Shown here: positions 49,877 through 59,108 of the stretch, in pieces | Numbering within the stretch: position 1 is the stretch's first letter | How the letters are laid out: every line of letters begins with the position of its first letter | NCBI GenBank assembly: GCA_000146465.1 | Contig: CP001950.1 | DNA: 64,000 bases | Strand: one strand, 5' to 3' | Position numbers and translations under genes: made by a program | The notes under the pieces: generated by a model | Databases searched by the model: none | What the model was told of the DNA's origin: nothing | What the model saw: only the letters and a program-made list of their open reading frames with translations

Positions 49877-50806
49877 ATGAAGGGGAAAGACTTGAAGGAA
49901 GAAATAAAAGAATCCTCTGGAGAAAATCGAGTTATGTTCGGAAATCCTACAAAGAGGCTTGCCTGTATTGGAATGAATTGGAGAAACATAAATGTCAAAG
50001 ATCTGTTTAAGATCTTCAACTCAATTCTACTGGGCTCATCTCCTCTGAGTGTGAAGCTCTGTAAAACCAAGATAGGAAGAGAACGTCTTGGAGACAACAA
50101 CATTTTTGTCAAGAGCTGTGAAGAGGGAAGGATCGATGAATGTTACACTGCTGTTGCCGAATTTGAGGATGTAGATGATTCAAAGCACATATATACTGCA
50201 TGCGACGGAGTAAGATTAGGGAACTCGGGAATGGTGTTTGATCTGAGATTTGTGCCGGACTCTCTTGATCTTCAAAACGTATGTGATGAGGCTTTCAACG
50301 ATGACGGATGTGAAGAAAAGGACTTTGTTGTCAGAGAGAAGAAAGAGGAGGAAGATGATAGTGAGATAGAGTCTCGGCTTGAGAAATTATTCAAAGAAAA
50401 GGAAATCAACTTCGACCTTGTCTCCGAGCTGGTCGACATGTCTGATGATGAGAACATTTCCGGCCTGCAAGACCATCTGCCAATTTCTTCGGAGAACGAG
50501 AAGAGCAAGTTCCTAGAGTCCAGCTCCGACGATTTTAACGACGAAATATCGGAGGATAAGGAGATCGAAAATAAGAAAGCCAAGAAGAAAGAGTCTAGTA
50601 AGAAAGACATAGAAACCATTCCCAGAGGAAAGCCAATAGACGAGTGTGATGGCTTTATGTTTGATCCAAAAGACAAAAGATTCGAGGCAATATTTGAAGA
50701 CGAAGACTTTGCCATTGACCCCACACACCCCGAGTATAAGAGAAAGGGCGGTTTGAAGGAGATATTAGATGAAAAGAGAAAAAGAATTAAGGATAACATT
50801 GATTAA
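49877..50806 (+). CDS. ESF1: Esf1-like pre-rRNA processing protein (acidic middle, C-terminal NUC153 motif)
   Basis: FMFDPKDKRFEAIFEDEDFAIDPTHPEYK matches the NUC153 consensus (DPRF..lF.d.dFaiDPt.PeFk). ATG confirmed. Confidence 0.55.
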   Translation: MKGKDLKEEIKESSGENRVMFGNPTKRLACIGMNWRNINVKDLFKIFNSILLGSSPLSVKLCKTKIGRERLGDNNIFVKSCEEGRIDECYTAVAEFEDVDDSKHIYTACDGVRLGNSGMVFDLRFVPDSLDLQNVCDEAFNDDGCEEKDFVVREKKEEEDDSEIESRLEKLFKEKEINFDLVSELVDMSDDENISGLQDHLPISSENEKSKFLESSSDDFNDEISEDKEIENKKAKKKESSKKDIETIPRGKPIDECDGFMFDPKDKRFEAIFEDEDFAIDPTHPEYKRKGGLKEILDEKRKRIKDNID

Positions 50807-50870
50807 AGTTTCTTTGGATTAACACACAACCGGTTTGAGATTTACAATAGTGCAAGTAAACCGTTTATTC

Positions 50871-51060
50871 TTAATAGATTTTCAACTTCTTTGATCTCCA
50901 GTGTCTTCTTGCCTTGTTGTACTCCCCCTTGTGCTCCTTCATCATTCTCTTCCATGCAGGAATCTCTCTGTTCCTCTTCAAGGCTCTCATGAGCCTTGTC
51001 TTCACCAAAGCAGTCTTTCTTGATCCCTAGAAATTAACCCGAGTCAAATCGCCTTACCAT
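50871..51060 (-). CDS. RPL39: Ribosomal protein L39e, two exons (exon1 = ATG only, 51058..51060; intron 51027..51057; exon2 50871..51026); not in the ORF track
   Basis: Minus strand ATG|GTAAGGCGATTTGACTCGGGTTAATTTCTAG|GGATCA... Spliced, it translates to [52 protein letters not shown] (52 aa). This aligns end to end with eukaryotic L39e [51 protein letters not shown]. Confidence 0.75.
51027..51057 (-). other. 31-nt spliceosomal intron directly after the start codon (GTAAGG ... TTAATTTCTAG)
   Basis: See the RPL39 entry. Shares the 5' GTAAG and the 3' TAATTT-Y-N-AG architecture with the Sec61 intron. Confidence 0.7.
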
Positions 51061-51127
51061 TTCGTCGGGGCTCAAATTTTTCTCAAAATAACCTTACCGA
51101 GGAGCTTCCAAGATGAGGAGCCAAAGG

Positions 51128-52258
51128 CTATTTTTTCATCTGCTCTCTCTTTTTGCTATTTTCCCGCATTGCATTGTAAAATGTGCAGAGTTTCTCGATT
51201 GTTAGGCTGTCCTTGAGGCTTTCCAATATACTGCAAACAACTCTTATGTTGTTGGGTGTGTCTTTATCTTCTCTGATCCTATACAATTTCCACCCACCCT
51301 TCCTCAGTACAAACTCATCAAGATCCCAGTAATATCCGTCGTTGTCGTACAGAAACTCTCCTATTTTTCCATCTACTTCCTCGTCTTCACAAAAAAAATG
51401 GCCAAACACAACATCCTTTCCTCTCTTTCCACTGCACACCAGATCGTATACATGGCCAAACTCCTTGGCCTTTGTAATCTTAAAATCTATTGTGTTCAGA
51501 AACGTAGGCTTCCACTTGAGAATTACACCTCTTTTCCCTACCGAGTAAGGCTCATCTGTAGGAGTGAATATTAAGCCGTCATTTCCATGCTTCAGGTCCG
51601 GGATCTTCTTGTACACCTCCCAGAAACCATAGCTCTTCATCATCTGTTTAACATAGAAATGTATACTGATACATCCAGGCTCCTGGCCCTCAGCCCCAAT
51701 TGGAATTCTCTTCGGCTCAAACCCATCCTCGTCCTCTTTTTTTAAGGCTTTGGTCTTTTCGACACTTCCCTTCATTCTATCCACAAACATTTGTGCGTAT
51801 CCAAGCCTTTTATACAAGTTCTTAAGTATCTGGGGAGCGTCTTCATATATCAAGCAATCAAATATGGCGTAAGTGGTGACTGTGCCATCTTCCAGAAAGA
51901 TCTCTCCATCTATCAAGACAGTCGAGGAAAAGGGAAAGTTCATGTCCAATTCGTAGAAGTCGTTTTTTCTATCGTAAAAGTATCCTTTGGATATGCCCAT
52001 CTTTTCTGTAACAAGCAGCAAAGCTCTGATTCCGTCGGACTTCTCGCACACAAGGAAGTCCTTGCTCAACAAAAGATCAATGTTGTCCAGTGTTAGAGAC
52101 ACTGGATGGCATCCTGGAAACCTTTCTCTTTTCTTGGCCCCTGCTATGCAAAGCTTCTGGTATATGCCTATTCTGAGGGCCTCTGCCTCCTCGGACGGAA
52201 CTTTGTTCCCTAGATGTAAGAGCTCCATGACCGATTCAGGACTCCGACAAAACTGCAT
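51128..52258 (-). CDS. CEG1: mRNA capping enzyme, guanylyltransferase (stand-alone fungal/Ceg1 type)
   Basis: Nucleotidyl-transferase KxDG motif CEKSDGIR, and an N-terminus aligning with Ceg1 (FPGCHPVSL). Track start 52276 is GTG; the first ATG (MQFCRSPES) is at about 52258. Confidence 0.85.
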   Translation of the reverse strand: MQFCRSPESVMELLHLGNKVPSEEAEALRIGIYQKLCIAGAKKRERFPGCHPVSLTLDNIDLLLSKDFLVCEKSDGIRALLLVTEKMGISKGYFYDRKNDFYELDMNFPFSSTVLIDGEIFLEDGTVTTYAIFDCLIYEDAPQILKNLYKRLGYAQMFVDRMKGSVEKTKALKKEDEDGFEPKRIPIGAEGQEPGCISIHFYVKQMMKSYGFWEVYKKIPDLKHGNDGLIFTPTDEPYSVGKRGVILKWKPTFLNTIDFKITKAKEFGHVYDLVCSGKRGKDVVFGHFFCEDEEVDGKIGEFLYDNDGYYWDLDEFVLRKGGWKLYRIREDKDTPNNIRVVCSILESLKDSLTIEKLCTFYNAMRENSKKREQMKK

Positions 52259-52280
52259 TTTCCATAGCCCATCCACAATG

Positions 52281-52285
52281 AAAAA
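52281..52285 (-). terminator. T5 run (RNA polymerase III terminator) directly after the 5S gene 3' end
   Basis: Plus-strand aaaaa at 52281-85 gives TTTTT following ...GGGTGCTGTAATC on the minus strand. Confidence 0.5.
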
Positions 52286-52403
52286 GATTACAGCACCCGG
52301 GATTCCCGAGTGGTCTCCCGCCTCAGTACTATCCGGGCTCGCACAGGCTTAACTGCGGAGATCTGACGAGTTCCGGTGCTTTTCTGTGGATATGGCCGTA
52401 ATC
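52286..52403 (-). rRNA. 5S ribosomal RNA gene (about 118 nt)
   Basis: Minus strand GATTACGGCCATATCCACAGAAAAGCACCGGAACTCGTCAGATCTCCGCAGTTAAGCCTGTGCGAGCCCGGATAGTACTGAGGCGGGAGACCACTCGGGAATCCCGGGTGCTGTAATC. It matches eukaryotic 5S (ACGGCCATA..., box A AGTTAAGC, box C GGGAGACC...GGGAATCCCGGGTG). 5' GATTACGGC pairs with 3' GCTGTAATC (helix I). A local GC-rich island in AT-rich surroundings. Confidence 0.85.
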
Positions 52404-52493
52404 AGTCATAAATCCTTTCGACTATAAAAACAGTCCCAAAACTCCAAGCCAAAACAGAACCATCTTTTAATTAACTACACCTGCCCTCCAAAC

Positions 52494-54560
52494 TCATTCC
52501 TTCTCCCTAAGCCTTATATACTCCAGCACCTCAGACCCGCTCAAAATCCTCTTTTCGTTCAAAGTCTTTATCCTGGAAAACACTTCGAAATCTCTATCCC
52601 GGATCTTCTTCAAGACTCCTGTCTCCTCGCCATCGTTGTCCTCCTCGTGTGTTTTGACCTCGGCAAAACCTCTGGTCGCTGTAAAGCTAAACAGCTCGTT
52701 TATACATGACTTGTTGAAGAATCTACTTAGCCCAGGGTTACTCAAGACCTTCTTCCCAAGTAGATCTTTAAATATCTGCTTTTGATAAACCTTCTCTTCA
52801 ATTGTATCCTTGCAAATAAACCTATATATTTCCACACCTTTTCTCTGTCCATATCTCCATGCCCTCTCCTTGGCTTGTGTGTCTGTCGATGGATTCCAGT
52901 CCGGGTCATATATAACAATTCGAGACGCTCCAGTAAGATTTAGTCCAAGGCCTCCTACCTTGGTTGTCAAAAGAAACATGAATATGCTATCATCCTTGTT
53001 GAATCTATCCACAAGCGAAGACCGACTCGACGTCGATGTTCTACCATCCATTCTTAAGTATGCGTACTTTTCAACACACTTCTCTATTATATCTAGCATC
53101 CTTATTGTCTGCGAAAACACCAGTACTTTGTTCCCCTCACTCTTCCATTTCTTGAGAAGATCCATCAGAATCTTTATCTTACACGAGGAGCTCACAAGCC
53201 CATACTGGCTCTCTTCTTTCTTCAAAAGCCCCAAGGTCTCCTCGTTATTTTTTTCGCCAGATGCTTCTTCAGAAAGGTCTTCAGAACCGTCTTCCTTTCT
53301 GGGAATAAACAGTCTTGGATGATTGCATACCTTCCGAAGCATGGAAATCCCACTCAGAAGGTTCGCCTTTCCAATCAGAACCTTCATTATGTGTTTTGAC
53401 TCGAGAATCCTGTTGTAGAGTTCAATTTGGATTGGTGTCAACGTGCAGAATATTATTTTGTCTTCCTTGGAAGGAAGCTTATGCGAAATCTGCGACTTTG
53501 TTCTTCTTAGTATATACGGCTCTATCAATGACCGGAGCATCAAACTGTGTCTATAAGCCTTTTCAACCTGGAGATTGCTAGCACTCTTGTACCCTCCTCT
53601 ACGTATTATCTCCTCAAACTCCTCATGGAAAGAGGTGTGCGACCCCAGAAGCCCCGGATTGACAAAGTCAAACATAGACCATAGCTCCCCAAGGTTATTC
53701 TGGATGGGCGTTCCAGAAAGAACAAAGCGACTCCGAGACCTTACTTTCTTCACTGAAAGTGTGATCTGCGCATTTCTGTTCTTTATCTTGTGCCCCTCAT
53801 CTAGGACCAAAGTATCCCATAAAAGGTCCTTTGCCCTTGCCTTGAACTTCTCATACGACATCAAATACACTCCTCTGCAGTCCTCGGCTGGGAATCCAAA
53901 GAAAACTCTTACAAACGGATAAAATCTTTTCCATTCCGCCATCCATTGCGAGACTATTGTGGCTGGACACAGTATTAGTGCCTTTTCGATGGATTTGTTG
54001 TGGAATAGAACTGCTAAAAACACAATCATTTGGATCGTCTTCCCAAGCCCCATATCATCTGCAAGAACTCCACCTTTCTCTCTCTTATACAGCCCCAGCA
54101 TCCATGCCACCCCATCCCGCTGATATTCAAAAAGCGAGTTCCAAAGGAAATCTGGAATCTCAAATCCCTCGCATATACTACTTTCCTTTCTTAAATTCTC
54201 CTGGAACTCATTCTTCATAATTCCCATGTGATTGCAGTACTTCTCAATCGACTTCTCACACCTTTCGTTGAAGACTTCAATGTCCTTGTCATCTTCCATC
54301 CCAGACCATTCGAAGTCGATATTCCTCTTCTCTTCTACCTCCTCTTTTCTACTGTCCTTCTTGCACATAATCGATTTGTCTGCTGCAAGCCTGCTTTTAA
54401 CTTCCTCTATCTCTCTCTCCAAGTCCTTAACCTTCCCCATATCTCCTTTACCTTTGTGTGCCTCTATTTTCTTCTTTAGCTCATCGATCTTGGAAGATGC
54501 CGCCCTCTCCAAGTACTTTTCAACAAACGACTTCTCATAGTCTTCGGCTTTACAGTCCAT
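52494..54560 (-). CDS. SNF2-family DNA-dependent ATPase, ERCC6/Rad26-like
   Basis: DDMGLGKT, ILCPATIVSQWMAEWKRFYP (compare ERCC6 IVCPTTVMHQW), LDEGHKIKNRNAQ, and helicase-C VIYDPDWNPSTDTQAKERAWRYGQ. ATG confirmed. Confidence 0.8.
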   Translation of the reverse strand: MDCKAEDYEKSFVEKYLERAASSKIDELKKKIEAHKGKGDMGKVKDLEREIEEVKSRLAADKSIMCKKDSRKEEVEEKRNIDFEWSGMEDDKDIEVFNERCEKSIEKYCNHMGIMKNEFQENLRKESSICEGFEIPDFLWNSLFEYQRDGVAWMLGLYKREKGGVLADDMGLGKTIQMIVFLAVLFHNKSIEKALILCPATIVSQWMAEWKRFYPFVRVFFGFPAEDCRGVYLMSYEKFKARAKDLLWDTLVLDEGHKIKNRNAQITLSVKKVRSRSRFVLSGTPIQNNLGELWSMFDFVNPGLLGSHTSFHEEFEEIIRRGGYKSASNLQVEKAYRHSLMLRSLIEPYILRRTKSQISHKLPSKEDKIIFCTLTPIQIELYNRILESKHIMKVLIGKANLLSGISMLRKVCNHPRLFIPRKEDGSEDLSEEASGEKNNEETLGLLKKEESQYGLVSSSCKIKILMDLLKKWKSEGNKVLVFSQTIRMLDIIEKCVEKYAYLRMDGRTSTSSRSSLVDRFNKDDSIFMFLLTTKVGGLGLNLTGASRIVIYDPDWNPSTDTQAKERAWRYGQRKGVEIYRFICKDTIEEKVYQKQIFKDLLGKKVLSNPGLSRFFNKSCINELFSFTATRGFAEVKTHEEDNDGEETGVLKKIRDRDFEVFSRIKTLNEKRILSGSEVLEYIRLREKE

Positions 54561-54614
54561 AATGAAAGGGAAAATTCAAAACAATATTTAATATCCGACT
54601 TCTTCTCACTTTCC

Positions 54615-55451
54615 TCATAGCTGTTCACAATGGTGAAATAGTGCTTTAATCTCTTCCTCCCATAGCATCTTACACTCGTTGAGCTTCTCCATAACCTCAT
54701 TGTCTATAGAAACCCCAACTGTATTACTCCGCAAGCGGATCTTATTAACAAGATACACAATGTCTTCTACGGCACTTTCCTTGTCACCTAACATCACAAT
54801 CCCAAGACACATTGTGAAGTATTTGATCTCAAGATCTTTGTACATCTGCAAGAGCCTTGGCCTGTACCGTCCTACTCCAACCATTTCGTTCAACCATCTA
54901 TCTAACTCCTTCGGGGCCTCTAGAGGTATTTTCCTCACATATTCGTCCACCTCTTCGTCAATTCTATTCTCAATGTATTCATGGATCTTCAGGCCATTTG
55001 TCTCGTCGTATTCTTGGAGTTTCTTAAGAAGCTCTATCCTTGATACAGTCGAGGGTTTTCTTGTCTTTGAGTAAACACTCTCAAGGTGGTCTATCATCAT
55101 TAACCTAGGTTTTTCTCGTTTCAAGCCTAGGATGCACATACATTTAATGATCTGGTTTATTCTCTCCTTACTGTTGAATGCTATGCTTCTCTTGAACTCG
55201 CTGGTTAGAAACCCCTCGAGGTCCTTACACTTGTCTGCATCCGTGGTCAGTATCTCCAAAAGCATTTCAATGTTCTGAGTTTTCTTTGCTTCCTCAACAA
55301 TTCTCCTCACCTCTCTTTCTCTTCTTTCATGCATCAAGCGGGTGTGCTCCTTCTTCAGCTCGTACCATTTGTTAAGCTTGTTTACCAGAGATTCCATGGG
55401 CTTGCCTTCATGACTCCGAAAACAAGTATATAATCCATGTCTGCTTCCCAT
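54615..55451 (-). CDS. Hypothetical helical protein
   Basis: Track start 55562 is GTG with a spurious hydrophobic leader. The first ATGs are at about 55451 (MGSRHGL) and about 55397 (MESLVNKL). No family recognised. Confidence 0.35.
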   Translation of the reverse strand: MGSRHGLYTCFRSHEGKPMESLVNKLNKWYELKKEHTRLMHERREREVRRIVEEAKKTQNIEMLLEILTTDADKCKDLEGFLTSEFKRSIAFNSKERINQIIKCMCILGLKREKPRLMMIDHLESVYSKTRKPSTVSRIELLKKLQEYDETNGLKIHEYIENRIDEEVDEYVRKIPLEAPKELDRWLNEMVGVGRYRPRLLQMYKDLEIKYFTMCLGIVMLGDKESAVEDIVYLVNKIRLRSNTVGVSIDNEVMEKLNECKMLWEEEIKALFHHCEQL

Positions 55452-55740
55452 CACGATACAATGGCATCTGGACAGAGAGACAGAGAAGACACATTGTACG
55501 AGAGTACTTTCTACGAGAAAAAAAACAACGAGGAACAAAGGAAGAACAACGGAAATTCTCACTATTTTCTCACAAAGCTCCAGCTAAACTTTAAAAGTAT
55601 CTTTGAAGGAGGCAAGAGATTCCATTCTGTAGAAAATATGCATCAGAACGAAGAAACAAATTCCTAAATTCTGAAGATTCCTTTAATAAAGCCTTAACTT
55701 CCTGATGCGCTATGTAAACTCTTTATTTCAGACGCCCTAG

Positions 55741-58665
55741 ATGAAAGAGGAAATCGTTTTCTGCCAGACACACATAGATTTTTACATGAGTGACTCGGGA
55801 CTAAGCTATCCACATCCCGTGTTCGCCATATTTGGAAACATAGAGTCTGGAGAGCCGATTCAGGTGCTTGTCAAGAACTTTTTTCCTTACTTCTATATAG
55901 AAACTGTCAACGGCAAGGAATACAAGGAGGAAGATATAAAGGATTCCATTCAAAGGCTCGATATAAAAGCCACAGTGGTAGAAGTTGAAGCCACGATGAA
56001 ACAAACCATACTGGGATATACAGAAGGGAAATCAAGGTTCTACAAGCTGACTCTGAACACGCCCCATGTTTCTGGAGCTCTGCGGGCATTCCTTGAGAGT
56101 GGAATAACAATTAGAAGAGAGAAAGTTCGATTCCGAGTGTACGAGAGCAGCTTTCCCTTTGTGTTGAGGTTTATGTGTGACCTTGGGATTGTTGGAATGA
56201 GCTATCTAAAAGTAAGGAAGTATGAGGTTCTAGACGGTAAGTATCTAACGGTGAGCACGTCTTATGAATCCTTAGAGCCCCTTCCGCCTGTAGGCGTTTA
56301 TGCTATTCTTCCGCCCCTCAAGGTTCTAAGCCTGGATATAGAATGTGTAAGTATTGGAAACGCCTTTCCCTCTTCTAAGACGGATCCTATTATTCAAATA
56401 GGAAACACTCTAACGATGTTTGGAAGTGATAAATACTTGTCTCAAGACATATTCTGCCTAAAGGAAACCACTGGGATTCCCGGCGTCAATGTTCATTGGT
56501 ATGAGACAGAAAAGGAACTTCTGGAAAGCTGGAAAAAATACTTCATGGAACTTGATCCAGACATCATTATAGGATACAACGTGAAGGGCTTTGATCTTCC
56601 TTACATTCTCGGTCGAGGAGAAGTGCTTGGAATCGAGAACTTCTCTATTCTAGGAAGGTCCAAGAAGAAAGCAAGAACAAGAGACACAACAATGTCTAGC
56701 AACATGTTTGGATCTATAATGACCACGGAGGTGGAGATTGAAGGACGTCTGATAATAGACATGATGGTTGTGATACGAAGAGACTTCAAGCTAAGAAGTT
56801 ACTCATTGAACTCTGTCAGTATACACTTTCTGAAGGAGCAGAAGGAAGATGTTCCCTATTCATCCATTGGGGAACTCCAATCCAAGGATAAAGATACAAG
56901 AAGAAGAATAGCCTCTTATTGCCTAAGAGATACTGTACTGCCTCTTCGCTTGTTCTCAAAGCTGAATGTTCTAATCAATTATGCTGAGCTGTCTAGGGTG
57001 ACAGGAGTCCCCATAGAATACTTCTTTACAAGAGGAACAGCCATCAAGATATTTGCACTTATCTATAGAACAGCTTCCAAGGAGGGTTTTGTAGTTCCTG
57101 AAACAGATCCATTTGAATCTGGTAAGAAGTACGAGGGAGGATTTGTCATCGAGCCTAAGAAGGGGTTCTATGGAAAACCTATATCTGTAATGGATTTCAC
57201 CTCTCTGTATCCTTCGATAATGATCAGCCATAACCTTTGTTATACCACATTACTCACGAAGGATCAATACAGAATCCTTGGAGGGATCAGAACGCCAACA
57301 GACAACTATTTCTGCTCACCTGAGAGAAAGAAAGGCCTTCTTCCAAGGATTCTGGTTGATCTGCTAGACTCGAGGAAGAAGATAAAGGAGGAGTTGAAGA
57401 AGGAAAAGGATCCGGCAGTCAAGGCATGCCTTAATGGAAAGCAGCTGGCTGTGAAACTCTGTGCCAATTCTCTGTATGGGTTCACAGGAGCATCGAAGGG
57501 GAAGCTTCCTTGTTTTGAGATATCTCAGAGTGTAACGGGGTTTGGAAGGGAAATGATAATGCTTACGAAGAAGCTGATTGAGGAGAACTTTTCCAAGAAA
57601 AACGGATACACACATGATTCGGTTGTGATCTATGGAGACACAGATTCTGTTATGATCAATTTCGACGAGGAGGACATAAAAAAGGTTTTTGAGATGAGCA
57701 AGGAGATATCTGAGTTTGTGACAAGCAAGTTTATGAAGCCTGTGTCTCTGGAGTTTGAAAAGGTTTATTACCCATATCTGCTCATTAATAAGAAGAGATA
57801 CGCTGGCCTCCTGTACTCGAATCCAAACACAGCTAGCAAGATAGACACAAAAGGAATTGAAGCTGTAAGAAGGGACAATTGTGGGCTTGTTAAGGAAACT
57901 GTCGAGACGGTACTTGAGATGATTCTTCATGAGAAGAATGTTGAGAAGGCCAAGCAATTTGTTCGAGATGTTGTAAGAGACTTGTACCTGGGGAGGATAG
58001 ACTTGAGTCTTCTAGTGATTTCGAAATCCTTAACGAAGTCTGGGGAGAAGTATGGAAGTAGACAAGCTCATGTAGAGCTGGCGGAGAAGCTTAGGAAAAG
58101 AGACGAAACCACGGCACCTGTGCTTGGAGACCGGGTTCCATATGTGATAGTGAAGAAGGGCAAGGGAATAGCAGCATATGAAAAAAGTGAGGACCCTGTG
58201 TATGTATTGGAAAACAACCTTCCGATCGACACAGAATACTATATTGAGCAACAGCTTTCGAAGCCTATGGAGAGAATATTCGAGCCTGTTATGGATAATG
58301 TGGACGAGTTGTTTAAGGGCGACCACACAAGAGTCGTGCAAAGGGCATCTCTTAAAGGGCCGATGAACACCTTTTTGAAGCTAGCGGATGTCTGTGTTGG
58401 ATGTAGAGCAGAAGGAAAGATCATATGCAGCAATTGTAGAAAGGACTTTCATATCCATCTTCAGAAAATGCAACAGGAAGTGGAAAATAAAAAAGAAAGA
58501 TTGAATAGTTGCTGGGTGGAGTGCCAGAGGTGCCAGGGAAGCATCCATAACCAAGTATTGTGTGTTAATAGAGACTGCCCAATCTTTTACATGCGAACAA
58601 AGGTGAGAAAGGAGTTGATTCCCCTTAATGAAAAGCTCGGGAAATTAAGGTCTTTTGAGTGGTGA
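55741..58665 (+). CDS. POLD1: DNA polymerase delta catalytic subunit (family B)
   Basis: Exo I LSLDIEC; pol motif A DFTSLYPSIM; motif C YGDTDSVM; KKRY; C-terminal CysA/CysB metal-binding modules (CVGCRAEGKIICSNC...; CWVECQRCQGS...CVNRDC). ATG confirmed. Confidence 0.9.
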   Translation: MKEEIVFCQTHIDFYMSDSGLSYPHPVFAIFGNIESGEPIQVLVKNFFPYFYIETVNGKEYKEEDIKDSIQRLDIKATVVEVEATMKQTILGYTEGKSRFYKLTLNTPHVSGALRAFLESGITIRREKVRFRVYESSFPFVLRFMCDLGIVGMSYLKVRKYEVLDGKYLTVSTSYESLEPLPPVGVYAILPPLKVLSLDIECVSIGNAFPSSKTDPIIQIGNTLTMFGSDKYLSQDIFCLKETTGIPGVNVHWYETEKELLESWKKYFMELDPDIIIGYNVKGFDLPYILGRGEVLGIENFSILGRSKKKARTRDTTMSSNMFGSIMTTEVEIEGRLIIDMMVVIRRDFKLRSYSLNSVSIHFLKEQKEDVPYSSIGELQSKDKDTRRRIASYCLRDTVLPLRLFSKLNVLINYAELSRVTGVPIEYFFTRGTAIKIFALIYRTASKEGFVVPETDPFESGKKYEGGFVIEPKKGFYGKPISVMDFTSLYPSIMISHNLCYTTLLTKDQYRILGGIRTPTDNYFCSPERKKGLLPRILVDLLDSRKKIKEELKKEKDPAVKACLNGKQLAVKLCANSLYGFTGASKGKLPCFEISQSVTGFGREMIMLTKKLIEENFSKKNGYTHDSVVIYGDTDSVMINFDEEDIKKVFEMSKEISEFVTSKFMKPVSLEFEKVYYPYLLINKKRYAGLLYSNPNTASKIDTKGIEAVRRDNCGLVKETVETVLEMILHEKNVEKAKQFVRDVVRDLYLGRIDLSLLVISKSLTKSGEKYGSRQAHVELAEKLRKRDETTAPVLGDRVPYVIVKKGKGIAAYEKSEDPVYVLENNLPIDTEYYIEQQLSKPMERIFEPVMDNVDELFKGDHTRVVQRASLKGPMNTFLKLADVCVGCRAEGKIICSNCRKDFHIHLQKMQQEVENKKERLNSCWVECQRCQGSIHNQVLCVNRDCPIFYMRTKVRKELIPLNEKLGKLRSFEW

Positions 58666-58796
58666 AGAGCGAAATAAAGTAAAGATGGATGTTGTGTGTT
58701 TTCTTTTTGGGCAAAGAACCGAAAACATATATTACTTAGCAAGTTCTGTGTATGAGAGAGAAGAAGCACAATGAACACGAGTATTTATTGAAACAA

Positions 58797-59108
58797 TCAG
58801 TAGCCAATATACTTGATACCCATTCTTTTTAGGGAGTGAAGAATATCTGAACATGTGATAGTCTTTCTCTTAGCATGTGTGGAGTAAATACATGCGATGG
58901 AAAGAGTATCTCTGATATATTCTCTTGCTGCATTATTTATTTCTTTAAAGCAACCTCCGCCGACTCTCCTCACACCAGCACGCCTGGCAATTCTCCTGAT
59001 TGCTGGCTTGGAGATGCTGTCTGTCAGCCCGGACTGTTTTCTGTGTCTCTTTGCAATTCCCTTTGCTGCCTTACTCTTTCCTTTTGCACTGATACTCTGT
59101 GTATTCAT
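58797..59108 (-). CDS. Histone H4 (divergent)
   Basis: KGIAKRHRK...GLTDSISKPAIRRIARRAGVRRVGGGCFKEIN...KRKTITCSDILHSLKRMGIKYIGY follows the H4 pattern ([42 protein letters not shown]...). ATG confirmed. Confidence 0.85.
   Translation of the reverse strand: MNTQSISAKGKSKAAKGIAKRHRKQSGLTDSISKPAIRRIARRAGVRRVGGGCFKEINNAAREYIRDTLSIACIYSTHAKRKTITCSDILHSLKRMGIKYIGY

Noticed and set aside
55452-55562. Signal-peptide-like N-terminal extension (MRISVVLPLFLVVFFLV...) on ORF 54615..55562
   Set aside because: The extension starts at GTG, not ATG. The real protein most likely begins at the internal ATG (about 55451 or about 55397), so the secretion signal is an artefact.
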